The notes beneath the pieces were generated by a model. The model was not told the origin of the DNA. It ran no database searches and was given only the letters and a program-made list of their open reading frames with translations. From contig OY759974.1 of NCBI GenBank assembly GCA_963662945.1, positions 1,344,001-1,408,000 of the forward strand: a stretch of DNA of 64,000 nucleotides. Reading direction: 5' to 3'. Each line of letters opens with the position of its first letter. Within the stretch, counting starts at the first letter, position 1. Source of the DNA: Arcobacteraceae bacterium. GTDB taxonomy: Bacteria; Campylobacterota; Campylobacteria; Campylobacterales; Arcobacteraceae. Positions 29,918 to 39,287 of the stretch are shown piece by piece. A program made the translations under genes and the position numbers.

Positions 29918-31215
29918 TGAGAGTACATTTTATAGGAATAGGTGGGATTGGATTATCTGCACTTGCTAGATTTTTACAGTATAGAGGCTATACAGTAAGT
30001 GGTTCAGATGTGAAGTCGACACCAATAACACAAGAGTTAGAAAAAGAGGGAATTAAAGTTAATATTCCTCAATCAGCGGATGCTATAGATGGACAAGACT
30101 TGATTATTTATAGTGCAGCAGTACAAAATCACAATGTAGAGATACAAGAAGCAAAAAAACAAGAGTTATTGCTATTACCAAGAAAAGAAGCTTTAAGTGT
30201 TATTATGCAAAAAACTACAAATTATTGTGTATGTGCAGCTCATGGAAAATCAACAACAACAGCAATATTGAGTTCTATTTTACAAAGTTCAGCAATCATT
30301 GGAGCTATTAGTAAAGAGTTTGATTCAAACTTTAGATATATTGATGAGGTTTTAGCTTTTGAAGCTGATGAGAGTGATGAGAGCTTTATCCTTTCACATC
30401 CTTACTGTTCAATTGTTATCAACACAGAACCTGAACATATGGAATATTATAACTATGATGAGAAAAGATTCTATGCAGCTTATGAAAAATTTATAGATAT
30501 AGCAAAATTAAGAGTTATAAATGCTGAAGATCCTTTTTTAGCAAATTATAAAGGGTATGCAATCAAATTGTATCCATCAAAAGATATAAAGCATATAGAG
30601 TTTATTTTAAAAGATGATGAACCATATACCAAGTTTGCTTTAAAAGATTATGGTTTCTTTGAAGTATGGGGCTTTGGTGTACATATTGCAATAGATGCTT
30701 CATGTGCTATTCTTGCTGCAAGTGCATCGATGAATATTGAAGATATAAGAGCTAATTTATCCAAATATAAAGGGATCAAAAAGAGATTTGATATTATACA
30801 AAAAGAAGAAAACTTTGTATTAATAGATGATTATGCACATCATCCTACAGAAATAGTAGCAACACTAGAATCTGTAAAAGTTTATAAAAAACAAAAAGGT
30901 TTAGAATACACAACAGTAATATGGCAACCTCATAAATACAGTAGAACAATTGATAATCTTGAATATTTTAAAACTTGTTTTAAAGGGTGTGATAAACTTA
31001 TTATTCTTCCTGTTTGGTCTGTAGCTGAAGAGATAAAAAACATTGACTTTGCAAAAGAGTTTCAAGCATATAACACAATCTTAGCAGATAAAATCAGTGT
31101 AACATCAGGTAAAATAGAGTTAATTAAAGAAGATGAGGTTTTTCATACAATTGATAATGGAATGGTTGTAGGTGTAGGTGCAGGAGATATAACTTACCAA
31201 TTAAGAGGAAAGTAG
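29917..31215 (+). CDS. murC: UDP-N-acetylmuramate--L-alanine ligase
   Basis: HFIGIGGIGLSALA, AHGKSTTT, EADESD, DDYAHHPTE, WQPHKYSRT, GAGDI. Confidence 0.96.
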   Translation: MRVHFIGIGGIGLSALARFLQYRGYTVSGSDVKSTPITQELEKEGIKVNIPQSADAIDGQDLIIYSAAVQNHNVEIQEAKKQELLLLPRKEALSVIMQKTTNYCVCAAHGKSTTTAILSSILQSSAIIGAISKEFDSNFRYIDEVLAFEADESDESFILSHPYCSIVINTEPEHMEYYNYDEKRFYAAYEKFIDIAKLRVINAEDPFLANYKGYAIKLYPSKDIKHIEFILKDDEPYTKFALKDYGFFEVWGFGVHIAIDASCAILAASASMNIEDIRANLSKYKGIKKRFDIIQKEENFVLIDDYAHHPTEIVATLESVKVYKKQKGLEYTTVIWQPHKYSRTIDNLEYFKTCFKGCDKLIILPVWSVAEEIKNIDFAKEFQAYNTILADKISVTSGKIELIKEDEVFHTIDNGMVVGVGAGDITYQLRGK

Positions 31216-31223
31216 GGGAAAAT

Positions 31224-32621
31224 ATGGAATATGATAATTATTATGTGATAGATACAAATATAATTTTACAAGATGCGGCAAATCTTTTTAAACTATCAGA
31301 TAATAGTACAAATCTTATTATCATCCCAGAAACAGTTCTTGATGAAATTGATAGTAAAAAAAGCGGTTTTGATGAGATAAACTTTCAAGCAAGAGAGTTT
31401 GCAAGAGTTCTAGAAACAGGAATTATTCAAGATAAAAAACATATAGATAATTATACTTTAATAACAGTTGTAATTGAAGGTGTTTTAAATGCTCATATTC
31501 AAATTATTTCAAAAGAAGACTATGATGCAAATAGTAAAAATGTTCAGCTAAATATTTACAATGATAGAAAAATTTTAGAGATAGCATCTTTTGCAAAAAA
31601 ATACTATCCAAAAACGAAATTTTTATCATTGGATATTATGGCACGAACTAGGGCTATATCTTTAGATATTGATGTAGATTCTTTACGCGGAGATAGCGAT
31701 GAGTTTACTTATGAGTTTGTAAAAACAATTGATATCCCATTTGATAAATTAGATACATTACCAGATGCAGATATAACGAACTTTGATACAAACTATAATT
31801 CGTATAACTATTCGTATTGTTTTCAAGTTATCGATTCAGACCAGATGATACTTGCTAATATAGTTAATGGTAAAGTATCTATATTAGACGAAGGTGAAAT
31901 ACGAGACCAAATAATTACACCATTGAATAAAGAACAACTATTTTTTAGTAATGCGATTTTAAATACATACTATAATGTGATTATTGTAGATGCAAAAGCG
32001 GGAAGTGGGAAAACACTTTTAGCTTTAAGCGGTGCTATAAAAAAGGTACGAAAAAAACAATACCAAAAAATCATATATATTAGAAACTCTATAGAATCTT
32101 TGGATAAAGGGGAAGATGTAGGATATCTTCCAGGGTATGAAGAAAAGTTTGCAATTTATAATCATCCTTTAGTAGATAGTTTAAACTATATGGTAAGAAG
32201 TGAACATAAGAAAAAATCAAATAATAAACAAAAAGCATTTGAAGAACTAGATGAACAAGAAGTGGTTCAAAGAGTACAACAAATGATGGATAACTATAGT
32301 ATTCAAACTATGTGGGTAGGGGAGATGCGAGGTCGAACCCTTTCAAATGCTTTTATTATCATAGATGAAGCACAAAATATGTCAAATAAAACAATGCAGA
32401 TGGTTTTAAGTAGAATTGATAGTAGTTGTAAAGTAGTGATACTTGGAAGTAACAATCAAATAGATAACTTCTATGTAAACAAATACACAAATGCCCTAAC
32501 AACTCTTTTAAAATCAACAAAAAATAAAACAGATTTAGTACATAGTTTTGCTATTAATTTAGAAAAAGTACTTCGAGGTCCAATTACACAGTGGGCAGAG
32601 GATATTTTTACTAAACGATAA
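31224..32621 (+). CDS. PIN-domain PhoH-like ATPase (PhoH2/YlaK family)
   Basis: PIN: VIDTNII, IPETVLDEID, NDRKIL, SLD; PhoH: AKAGSGKT, GYLPG, MRGRTL, IDEAQN. Confidence 0.88.
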   Translation: MEYDNYYVIDTNIILQDAANLFKLSDNSTNLIIIPETVLDEIDSKKSGFDEINFQAREFARVLETGIIQDKKHIDNYTLITVVIEGVLNAHIQIISKEDYDANSKNVQLNIYNDRKILEIASFAKKYYPKTKFLSLDIMARTRAISLDIDVDSLRGDSDEFTYEFVKTIDIPFDKLDTLPDADITNFDTNYNSYNYSYCFQVIDSDQMILANIVNGKVSILDEGEIRDQIITPLNKEQLFFSNAILNTYYNVIIVDAKAGSGKTLLALSGAIKKVRKKQYQKIIYIRNSIESLDKGEDVGYLPGYEEKFAIYNHPLVDSLNYMVRSEHKKKSNNKQKAFEELDEQEVVQRVQQMMDNYSIQTMWVGEMRGRTLSNAFIIIDEAQNMSNKTMQMVLSRIDSSCKVVILGSNNQIDNFYVNKYTNALTTLLKSTKNKTDLVHSFAINLEKVLRGPITQWAEDIFTKR

Positions 32622-32625
32622 TTTA

Positions 32626-32657
32626 TTATTAAACCATTGTTGGTAATGGTTTAATAA
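32626..32657. terminator. probable bidirectional terminator between convergent genes
   Basis: 13-bp IR TTATTAAACCATT-gttggt-AATGGTTTAATAA. Confidence 0.7.
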
Positions 32658-32678
32658 ATAAAAGATTATTAGGTTATA

Positions 32679-34346
32679 TTAAAATGTAAATCCTGCTTGA
32701 AACATAAATCGTGTATTATAATCATTATTGCTCGTAACTCTAGCCGCTCCAACTTTATGTGCTAAATGAGTATTAAGAAAAAAGTCTTTATATGAAGCGT
32801 AATAACTTAGCCCAATATCTTGAAGTGTTCTACTTTTTTCATTGGTAATATCTTTGCTCATTTTCACTTTTCCTATATCATAAAAAAGACCAATTTTTGA
32901 ATTTATACCTATATAAGAAGGAAGGGTATATGTTGCTTCTGTAGTGTAAATATATCCATTTTCGGCACTCTCTTCTCCAGAAGGATAAAGTTTCACACCA
33001 TTTATTCCACCTAAACTCAAATCTTCACTACCATCTAGGTTTTTATCTCCAAGAGCATATTGTAATTGAAGTTTGTTTTTCCAATTGATTGTATCATTAA
33101 GCATGGTATTGTTTTCTAACTCTATATTTATTTTTGAAAAATTTCCATTTGTATTCGCTCCTGCTTCATCATCTGCTTTATCAATAGAATTTTTAAAATT
33201 TAATTTCCCAAAGCTTAGAGATGCATCTATTTTTGTTTGTGAATATTTATTAAAAAGAAGATGGTTTTTTAAATAATCTACGCCAATTTTAGATACAAGG
33301 GTGCTTTTTTCTAATTCTGAGGAGATAGCTTGAATCTCATCATCCATTTTGTTATATGATGTTCTTAAATATGTATTTAAATTTTCATCGTTTGAGCGAA
33401 TAACAGGATAAGTAAATAAAGCAACAAAACTATCAGCACTTCCTACAGCATCAAGATTTTCATATTTATTTCCTAACTCATAAGTAGTTTTAGAGTAACT
33501 TACTTCTCCCCTTAATCCATTTTCATATATTGGAAAGCCATAACCTACTCTTCCATTTAATAAACCCATATTTTCAGAACTCAAAGCAGACAAAGAGATT
33601 TTATCTCCTATTTTAAAAGGAGAGTTGATATCCACTCCTGCCATAACTCTATATTTACCTGTATAATCTGAACCATAATTATCCCCAATAAGATAGCCAT
33701 TGTATGGTTCAGTGGCTTGTGTCCCTATTATAAAATCACTAGAACCAACCTCTTTTCCAGCAGCAATTTTTGTACTACTTACTTTTACCCCAGGAGTATC
33801 ATTGATTAAGAGTAATGCTCTTTGTAAATCTTTTGTAGCTATTGCTTCTTTGTTTTTTGCAACATCAAGTTTGGATTGTAAGATAGAATCTTTGACTAAT
33901 GAACTGTTTTCTAGTTTAAACTCTCCATAGCTCCCTTCTATAATTGCTATTTTAAGCACGCCACCTTGTGCTTGTAAATCTTGAGCAGGGATATAAGCTC
34001 TTGCTACAAAATACCCCTCATCTCTATATGCTTTTGTAATAAGAGCTACTATCTCTTGAATCTCTTTAAAACTTAACTCTTTTGATTCATAAGGTTTTAA
34101 AATAGTCTGTAGTTTTTTAGTGCTTAGTTGAGTATTTCCACTTATTGAATAACTTTTAATAAATACTTTTTTGCCATCTTTAAAACTTTTTTTATACTCA
34201 TCACTCTCTTGTTGCAAAGGAGGGAGAACCTCTTGTTTCTTTTCTATTTTTGGAGGTTTTACCTCATTTAGAATATTACCGATATTTGGTGTTTGTACTG
34301 CATACAAACTTAATGTTGTTGCTAATAGTATTGATGTTTTTTTCAT
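32679..34346 (-). CDS. two-partner secretion transporter TpsB (ShlB/FhaC/HecB family)
   Basis: Signal peptide, POTRA domains (ITKAYRDEGYFVARAYIPAQ, LQRALLLINDTPG), barrel start DNYGSDYTG, loop-6 motif GGINGVKLY, C-terminal Phe. Confidence 0.92.
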   Translation of the reverse strand: MKKTSILLATTLSLYAVQTPNIGNILNEVKPPKIEKKQEVLPPLQQESDEYKKSFKDGKKVFIKSYSISGNTQLSTKKLQTILKPYESKELSFKEIQEIVALITKAYRDEGYFVARAYIPAQDLQAQGGVLKIAIIEGSYGEFKLENSSLVKDSILQSKLDVAKNKEAIATKDLQRALLLINDTPGVKVSSTKIAAGKEVGSSDFIIGTQATEPYNGYLIGDNYGSDYTGKYRVMAGVDINSPFKIGDKISLSALSSENMGLLNGRVGYGFPIYENGLRGEVSYSKTTYELGNKYENLDAVGSADSFVALFTYPVIRSNDENLNTYLRTSYNKMDDEIQAISSELEKSTLVSKIGVDYLKNHLLFNKYSQTKIDASLSFGKLNFKNSIDKADDEAGANTNGNFSKINIELENNTMLNDTINWKNKLQLQYALGDKNLDGSEDLSLGGINGVKLYPSGEESAENGYIYTTEATYTLPSYIGINSKIGLFYDIGKVKMSKDITNEKSRTLQDIGLSYYASYKDFFLNTHLAHKVGAARVTSNNDYNTRFMFQAGFTF

Positions 34347-37300
34347 ATTGTATTTTCCTCTTCTTCGCTTTCTTGATTTAAACTAAATTTTTGTTTACTT
34401 CCAAAGGGAAGATTGATACCACCATTTAGTACTTTCATCACAATTCCTGGGATGAGTGCCAGTTCATTAGTATCCAGTTGTTGTAAGATTGTTTTTATAT
34501 CTATTCCACTTTTTAGTAAAGTATCTATATCTTTATTTGTTAATACAGTTTTATTAGCTATTGGAGTGATTACTTTACTTAAATCAGGTGTTGTAGTTGG
34601 CTCAATAGGGATATCTCCAATTTGAACACTATTATTCACTGAATATGCTAAAAGTGAAGGAAGTTCATAGTTACTAGCTAATCCACCGTTTGTTCCATCT
34701 TGTAGAGTTATCTCTTTTATAAAGTTTTCTGCTGTTGGGTCACTAGAGTTTGCTTTTGCTCCTGTATATTCTAATGTCTCAGCTCCTACAAGATTCCCAA
34801 AGCTTACAACGCCTGTTAGGTCAGCTGTTCCATCATAATCTTTTGAAGCTTCTAGGCTTAAGGCTCTTTTGTTGATAACTAAACTACCATCTACAAAAGT
34901 GATGTTGTAGTTTTCATCTGTACCACTTAAGACTGTATTGTAAGTTCCTGCATTAGTTCCAATTACGTTATCTCCTGTAACTCCATCAAGTACAGCAATA
35001 GTCTCTCCACTTGCTAAACCACTTGCAGTAAAGCCACTTGAAGTTTGTATAGTTCCATCATAAGTAGTAGTTTTAGAGTTTGCAGTTACTGTTATATCTT
35101 TTTTATTGGTAGTTAAAGTACCTGTATCATAGTTTATGATATACCCTTGTTGTGAAGAGTACAACCCATCTATACCTATAGTAGCAGTTCCTGCATTTTT
35201 TAAATCGCCACTTGAAGTATAAGTTAGAGTACCATTTACTAAAGAACTATTGTAAGTTGGAATTGAGTAAGTTACTCCTGTACTTCCTCCATTATATACA
35301 GTACCATCATAAGTTCTTGTAACATCATTTGCTTTTACAGTAAGTTCAGTCATAAAAGTTCTTAAAAGAGGTCTTGTATGCCCTTCATAGATGAACCAAT
35401 CATTGGTAAAATCAAAGCCTGTATAAGTTGCTTCATCAAAGGCATTGATTGTATTGGTTGAGCTATAGATCCCTGCAAAACTTCCTGTATATGAACCACT
35501 TCCTAAACCTCTTGTTACTCCTGTAGTGTCTCTATCATAATATGAGTTTGTGATATTCCCTGAATAATATCCAACTAAACCACCAACATCATTATTACCA
35601 GTTATTCTTCCTGTAGCATATGAGTTTTGAATGGTTCCAGTTTCACTAAATCCAACAAGACCACCTACCCAAAAATTCCCACTAACATCACCTGTAGAAT
35701 ATGAGTTATTTATTGATAAGTTTGATGAAGCACTCGTATAGCCATCTCCAACTAGTCCACCAACATCTTGATCTCCGCTTACATTTGTCCCTGAGTAACT
35801 ATGACTAATAGATACTGTAGTAGACTGTACTTTTCCAACTAGCCCACCAACATCTTGATCTCCATAAATATTTCCTGTTGTATAGGAGTTTGTGATATTA
35901 AGAGAACCAATTGCATTTCCTACTAATCCAGCAGTTCTACTCTTCCCTCTTATACTCACATTGCGAAGTCCTACGTTTGAGATAGTTGCATTGGCTACCG
36001 CGCCAAAAAGTCCTACATTATATTCACTTGATCTATTAATGTAAAGACCATCTATAGCATATCCTCTTCCATCAAAAGATCCTGAAAATGTTCCAATAGG
36101 ATCAAACCCTTTACCACTATTCCAAGTAGTAGTATCACTCGCATCGATGTTGCTTCCTAATTCATAAGTACCATTAAGTGCAGTATCGACTGATTGGAGT
36201 TGATGGATGTTATTTATGACAACTTTTCCATTTGCATTAAAAACAACTCCGTTGTTTGCGATAAAGTAAACTTCTCCATCACTATTATTTGTATTTTCTA
36301 TTTTTGCATTCATGATTACTTGATCATTTGCATTTAAAGTAAGTCTATTTGTACTTGACCAAGTGATATCGCTATTAACTGTAATATCTCCATCATCAGC
36401 TCCAGCTCCTACAGTTTCTACAGTCATATCTCCACTTGCTAGTTGAGATTGAATAGCACTTGCTAAACTTGCATCAATAGTTACATTTACTGGATCAATA
36501 AGCCATTCACCTGCTTCTATCTTTGCATCATTAAAACTAAAGTGTTTCCCTGAAGTCTCTACAAACCCACCTTTAGCTTTTATAGTTCCAGCTATATTTG
36601 CAGTTCCTCCATGGGCATATAGTTCCACATGTCCGTTTATTCCATCTAAAGAATTAGCTTCTATGATTCCTGTATTATTTACAACTGCTCTTAGAAGTTC
36701 ATCTACTGCGTGAGTAGTTAGATATACTTCTCCACCATCTGCAAGAATAGTTCCTGAGTTTTCAACTAGGGCATCTAATGTTCCTTTATCTACAGATAAA
36801 TCTATTAAAGAGTTACCATTTAGATTTATTGTATATTCATCTGCTCCTGTTAGTTGAACTCTTCCTTTTATAGCTTCTATAGTTCCACTATTTTTAGCTT
36901 CATTAGAAGCAAAGATTACATAAGCATTATTTTTAACTTTTATAGTACCTTGGTTGATAATAGATTCAGAAGAGTCTCCTGTAAAGGTATAGTTTCCTTT
37001 TTGAAAGTTGGTATCTGAGATATCTTTAGTTGTAGCTAAAAGTCCACTAGTATTGATACTTGCATTTTTACCAAACAGTACTCCATTTGAGTTTAATATC
37101 CAAACTTGACCATTGGCATTTAAAGCTCCATCTATAATACTTCTTTCATTTCCTATTACTCTGTTTAGAGTTATACTATTTACATTTGGTTGATTGAAGT
37201 TTACTGTTTCATGGGAAGCTATATTAAACTTATTCCAGTTTATACTAGCTTTGGAGGTGGATTGGTTTATATTGGTTGTATTTCCACTTTGTGAAATAGT

Positions 37301-37441
37301 AGCAGACCCTGAAGTTACCACTCCACCACTAGGAGCTGCAAAGCTTAGAGTTACACCTCCTAGAAGTGCAGATACTACTAAGCTTATCTTTCCACCTTTT
37401 AGGATTCTAAACCTTGAACTGTAATTGAAATTTGATTTCAT
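34343..37441 (-). CDS. TpsA filamentous-haemagglutinin-like adhesin with GLUG repeats and MBG/YDG-like domains
   Basis: Extended signal (RFRILKGGKISLVVSALL), TPS domain (INWNKFNI, LNANGQVWILNSNGVLFG), GGFVETSG, WLIDP, repeated VGGLVG, repeated TYDG/DYDG modules. Confidence 0.9.
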   Translation of the reverse strand: MKSNFNYSSRFRILKGGKISLVVSALLGGVTLSFAAPSGGVVTSGSATISQSGNTTNINQSTSKASINWNKFNIASHETVNFNQPNVNSITLNRVIGNERSIIDGALNANGQVWILNSNGVLFGKNASINTSGLLATTKDISDTNFQKGNYTFTGDSSESIINQGTIKVKNNAYVIFASNEAKNSGTIEAIKGRVQLTGADEYTINLNGNSLIDLSVDKGTLDALVENSGTILADGGEVYLTTHAVDELLRAVVNNTGIIEANSLDGINGHVELYAHGGTANIAGTIKAKGGFVETSGKHFSFNDAKIEAGEWLIDPVNVTIDASLASAIQSQLASGDMTVETVGAGADDGDITVNSDITWSSTNRLTLNANDQVIMNAKIENTNNSDGEVYFIANNGVVFNANGKVVINNIHQLQSVDTALNGTYELGSNIDASDTTTWNSGKGFDPIGTFSGSFDGRGYAIDGLYINRSSEYNVGLFGAVANATISNVGLRNVSIRGKSRTAGLVGNAIGSLNITNSYTTGNIYGDQDVGGLVGKVQSTTVSISHSYSGTNVSGDQDVGGLVGDGYTSASSNLSINNSYSTGDVSGNFWVGGLVGFSETGTIQNSYATGRITGNNDVGGLVGYYSGNITNSYYDRDTTGVTRGLGSGSYTGSFAGIYSSTNTINAFDEATYTGFDFTNDWFIYEGHTRPLLRTFMTELTVKANDVTRTYDGTVYNGGSTGVTYSIPTYNSSLVNGTLTYTSSGDLKNAGTATIGIDGLYSSQQGYIINYDTGTLTTNKKDITVTANSKTTTYDGTIQTSSGFTASGLASGETIAVLDGVTGDNVIGTNAGTYNTVLSGTDENYNITFVDGSLVINKRALSLEASKDYDGTADLTGVVSFGNLVGAETLEYTGAKANSSDPTAENFIKEITLQDGTNGGLASNYELPSLLAYSVNNSVQIGDIPIEPTTTPDLSKVITPIANKTVLTNKDIDTLLKSGIDIKTILQQLDTNELALIPGIVMKVLNGGINLPFGSKQKFSLNQESEEEENTI
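35747..35863. repeat. 30-bp direct repeat (2 copies, 87-bp period) inside tpsA
   Basis: TCCAACTAG(T/C)CCACCAACATCTTGATCTCC at 35747-35776 and 35834-35863, one mismatch; encodes GDQDVGGLVG. Confidence 0.85.
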
Positions 37442-37482
37442 AACATAATCCTTGAATATATCTTTTTTTCTTATATTCGAGC

Positions 37483-37518
37483 ATTATATTTAGCTATCGT
37501 TACTTTCGTCGTTACTTT
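37483..37518 (-). promoter_or_regulatory. tpsA promoter with tandem AAAGTAACG boxes
   Basis: Minus strand: AAAGTAACG-acg-AAAGTAACG-9 nt-TATAAT; AAGGA SD downstream. Confidence 0.8.
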
Positions 37519-37557
37519 TTATAATATTTTATGCTAATCCATAATAATAAAATATAA

Positions 37558-39216
37558 CTAAGGCAAAGTTACAGTAAACCCATTGGTAAAGCTTATACTG
37601 CCATTGATGATACTTGAATCTCCATCCCAAGTGCTCATTTGAGCAGCATTCAGATTGCTTGTATTACCTGAACCTTTTAAGTTTTCAATGGTTGTTCTAT
37701 AAACATAGAAAGTTCTAATGGGAAGGGCTGTTCCTGAAACATTGTAAGCATTCTTCTCAACAGTAAGATTATTATTCTGATGACCTAAAACACTCATAAA
37801 ATATGAGAAATTTCCATCACTGTGCATATTCATCGTATTGTTTCCAATATAAACATTTGTTGAATCAACGATGGTGGTCATGTACAAATTTGTACCATCT
37901 GATGCATTCAAAGAGAAGTGATTGTCTTTGATAGTGACATTATGAACATCATTCATAAAAAACATAGTCGTCCCTGATGCAGGGTCAGTATGATTGAGGT
38001 TGGCTGATATACCTATAAGACTGCTGTTATTTGCCATATTAAAGAAGGTATTAGCATTTCCGAAATACGAACCTTTTCCTGTTATGGATGCATTGGGAAC
38101 AAGCACAGAGACTTTTTTCCCTGCTGGAGTGGTGATACCTATACTTCCACCTCCAATAATAGTTTGTCCCTCTTTGAGTGATGTGTATGAATCAACACCA
38201 CTGAAATCCCCATTTAAAACAACCGTAGAGTTTTCTCCTGCACTTTCAATGGTTGATGCTAAATTTGCACCTGTCGTTGAATCACTTGTGATAAATCTAA
38301 TACGGTTTCCATTAGCATCAGTAGTAACTGCTTCTGGTTTTGCAAACTGTCCTGCTTGAGAGACAATATCCACATCACGAATAATAGGAGTGGTCATACG
38401 CTTTTCGATTGGAGTTAGTTCTTGGTGAGGAGTATTCTTCTTTTTTTTAGTTCCAAAAGGTATACGAATACGTAGTGATGCAAAACTTTGTTTCCCTCTT
38501 ATATCATCTTTTTGTATCTCTGCTCCTAATGTGAGCCTTGATCCTTCCCAAAGATAAGAGATATCATCAAAAGTTATATCAATACGACCTCTTGGCCCTT
38601 CTATAGACGGAACATCGTTTTCATAAAAACGATAACCACCCGCATAGACGCGGATTTGTTGTTCTTCATTTTCATCGAAAATAGGTAGCCTGTAGCCAAT
38701 TTCAGCATCATATCCTTTCATTGCACGTTCTTCACCTTGAGCATACATGATATCAGTACCTGTAAAACTTACACTACTAAGTGATTCTTCAAGGTGGCTT
38801 TTTTTACCTGTAGGAATATAAACATTTGCACGAAAGTCCCAATCAACTGAGAGGGCTTCAAGACCTGCCGTTATTTGAGAGAAATAGTTATTGTAAGGAG
38901 TTTTACGCCTATCATAATAGGTGTAACCACCAATAATCCAATCACTTGGCAAGATGTGTCGTACTCCTAAACCATAGTTTCCTTCACGACTATCTTGATT
39001 ATCTAGTCTATAACGAATATCTGTATAAAAAAGAGTATTTTTGTTTTGTAGAATAGGGATAAAAATATCTACTTCCCCTAAGTCTCTTTTAGAACCAACC
39101 TTACCTTCTATATCTAAGAATGGTTGCCATTTTTTTTCTTTGTCTTGTGCTATGGCGTTTGTTATTACTAACAATATCCATATTAAAGATATAAAGAAAA
39201 TATTTTTTTTACTCAT
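37558..39216 (-). CDS. inverse autotransporter (type Ve) beta-domain protein with beta-helix passenger
   Basis: Signal peptide; IAT barrel motifs NYGLGVRH, GGYTYYD, QITAGLEAL, RANVYIP, GYDAEIG, RMTTPIIRDVDI; Asn-rich parallel beta-helix C-terminus. Confidence 0.85.
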   Translation of the reverse strand: MSKKNIFFISLIWILLVITNAIAQDKEKKWQPFLDIEGKVGSKRDLGEVDIFIPILQNKNTLFYTDIRYRLDNQDSREGNYGLGVRHILPSDWIIGGYTYYDRRKTPYNNYFSQITAGLEALSVDWDFRANVYIPTGKKSHLEESLSSVSFTGTDIMYAQGEERAMKGYDAEIGYRLPIFDENEEQQIRVYAGGYRFYENDVPSIEGPRGRIDITFDDISYLWEGSRLTLGAEIQKDDIRGKQSFASLRIRIPFGTKKKKNTPHQELTPIEKRMTTPIIRDVDIVSQAGQFAKPEAVTTDANGNRIRFITSDSTTGANLASTIESAGENSTVVLNGDFSGVDSYTSLKEGQTIIGGGSIGITTPAGKKVSVLVPNASITGKGSYFGNANTFFNMANNSSLIGISANLNHTDPASGTTMFFMNDVHNVTIKDNHFSLNASDGTNLYMTTIVDSTNVYIGNNTMNMHSDGNFSYFMSVLGHQNNNLTVEKNAYNVSGTALPIRTFYVYRTTIENLKGSGNTSNLNAAQMSTWDGDSSIINGSISFTNGFTVTLP

Positions 39217-39287
39217 AATCTAACCTTTTTTATTATTAAACCAATTTCTACAAGTCATATATCAAAAATTACAAATGCAGTGACTTC

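Noticed and set aside
31224-32621. PhoH as a prophage marker
   Set aside because: It is the cellular PIN-PhoH fusion in a core operon, with no phage genes nearby
34343-37441. TpsA as a CDI toxin or haemolysin
   Set aside because: No VENN-like pretoxin motif, no recognisable toxin tip and no small immunity gene; GLUG/MBG content fits an adhesin
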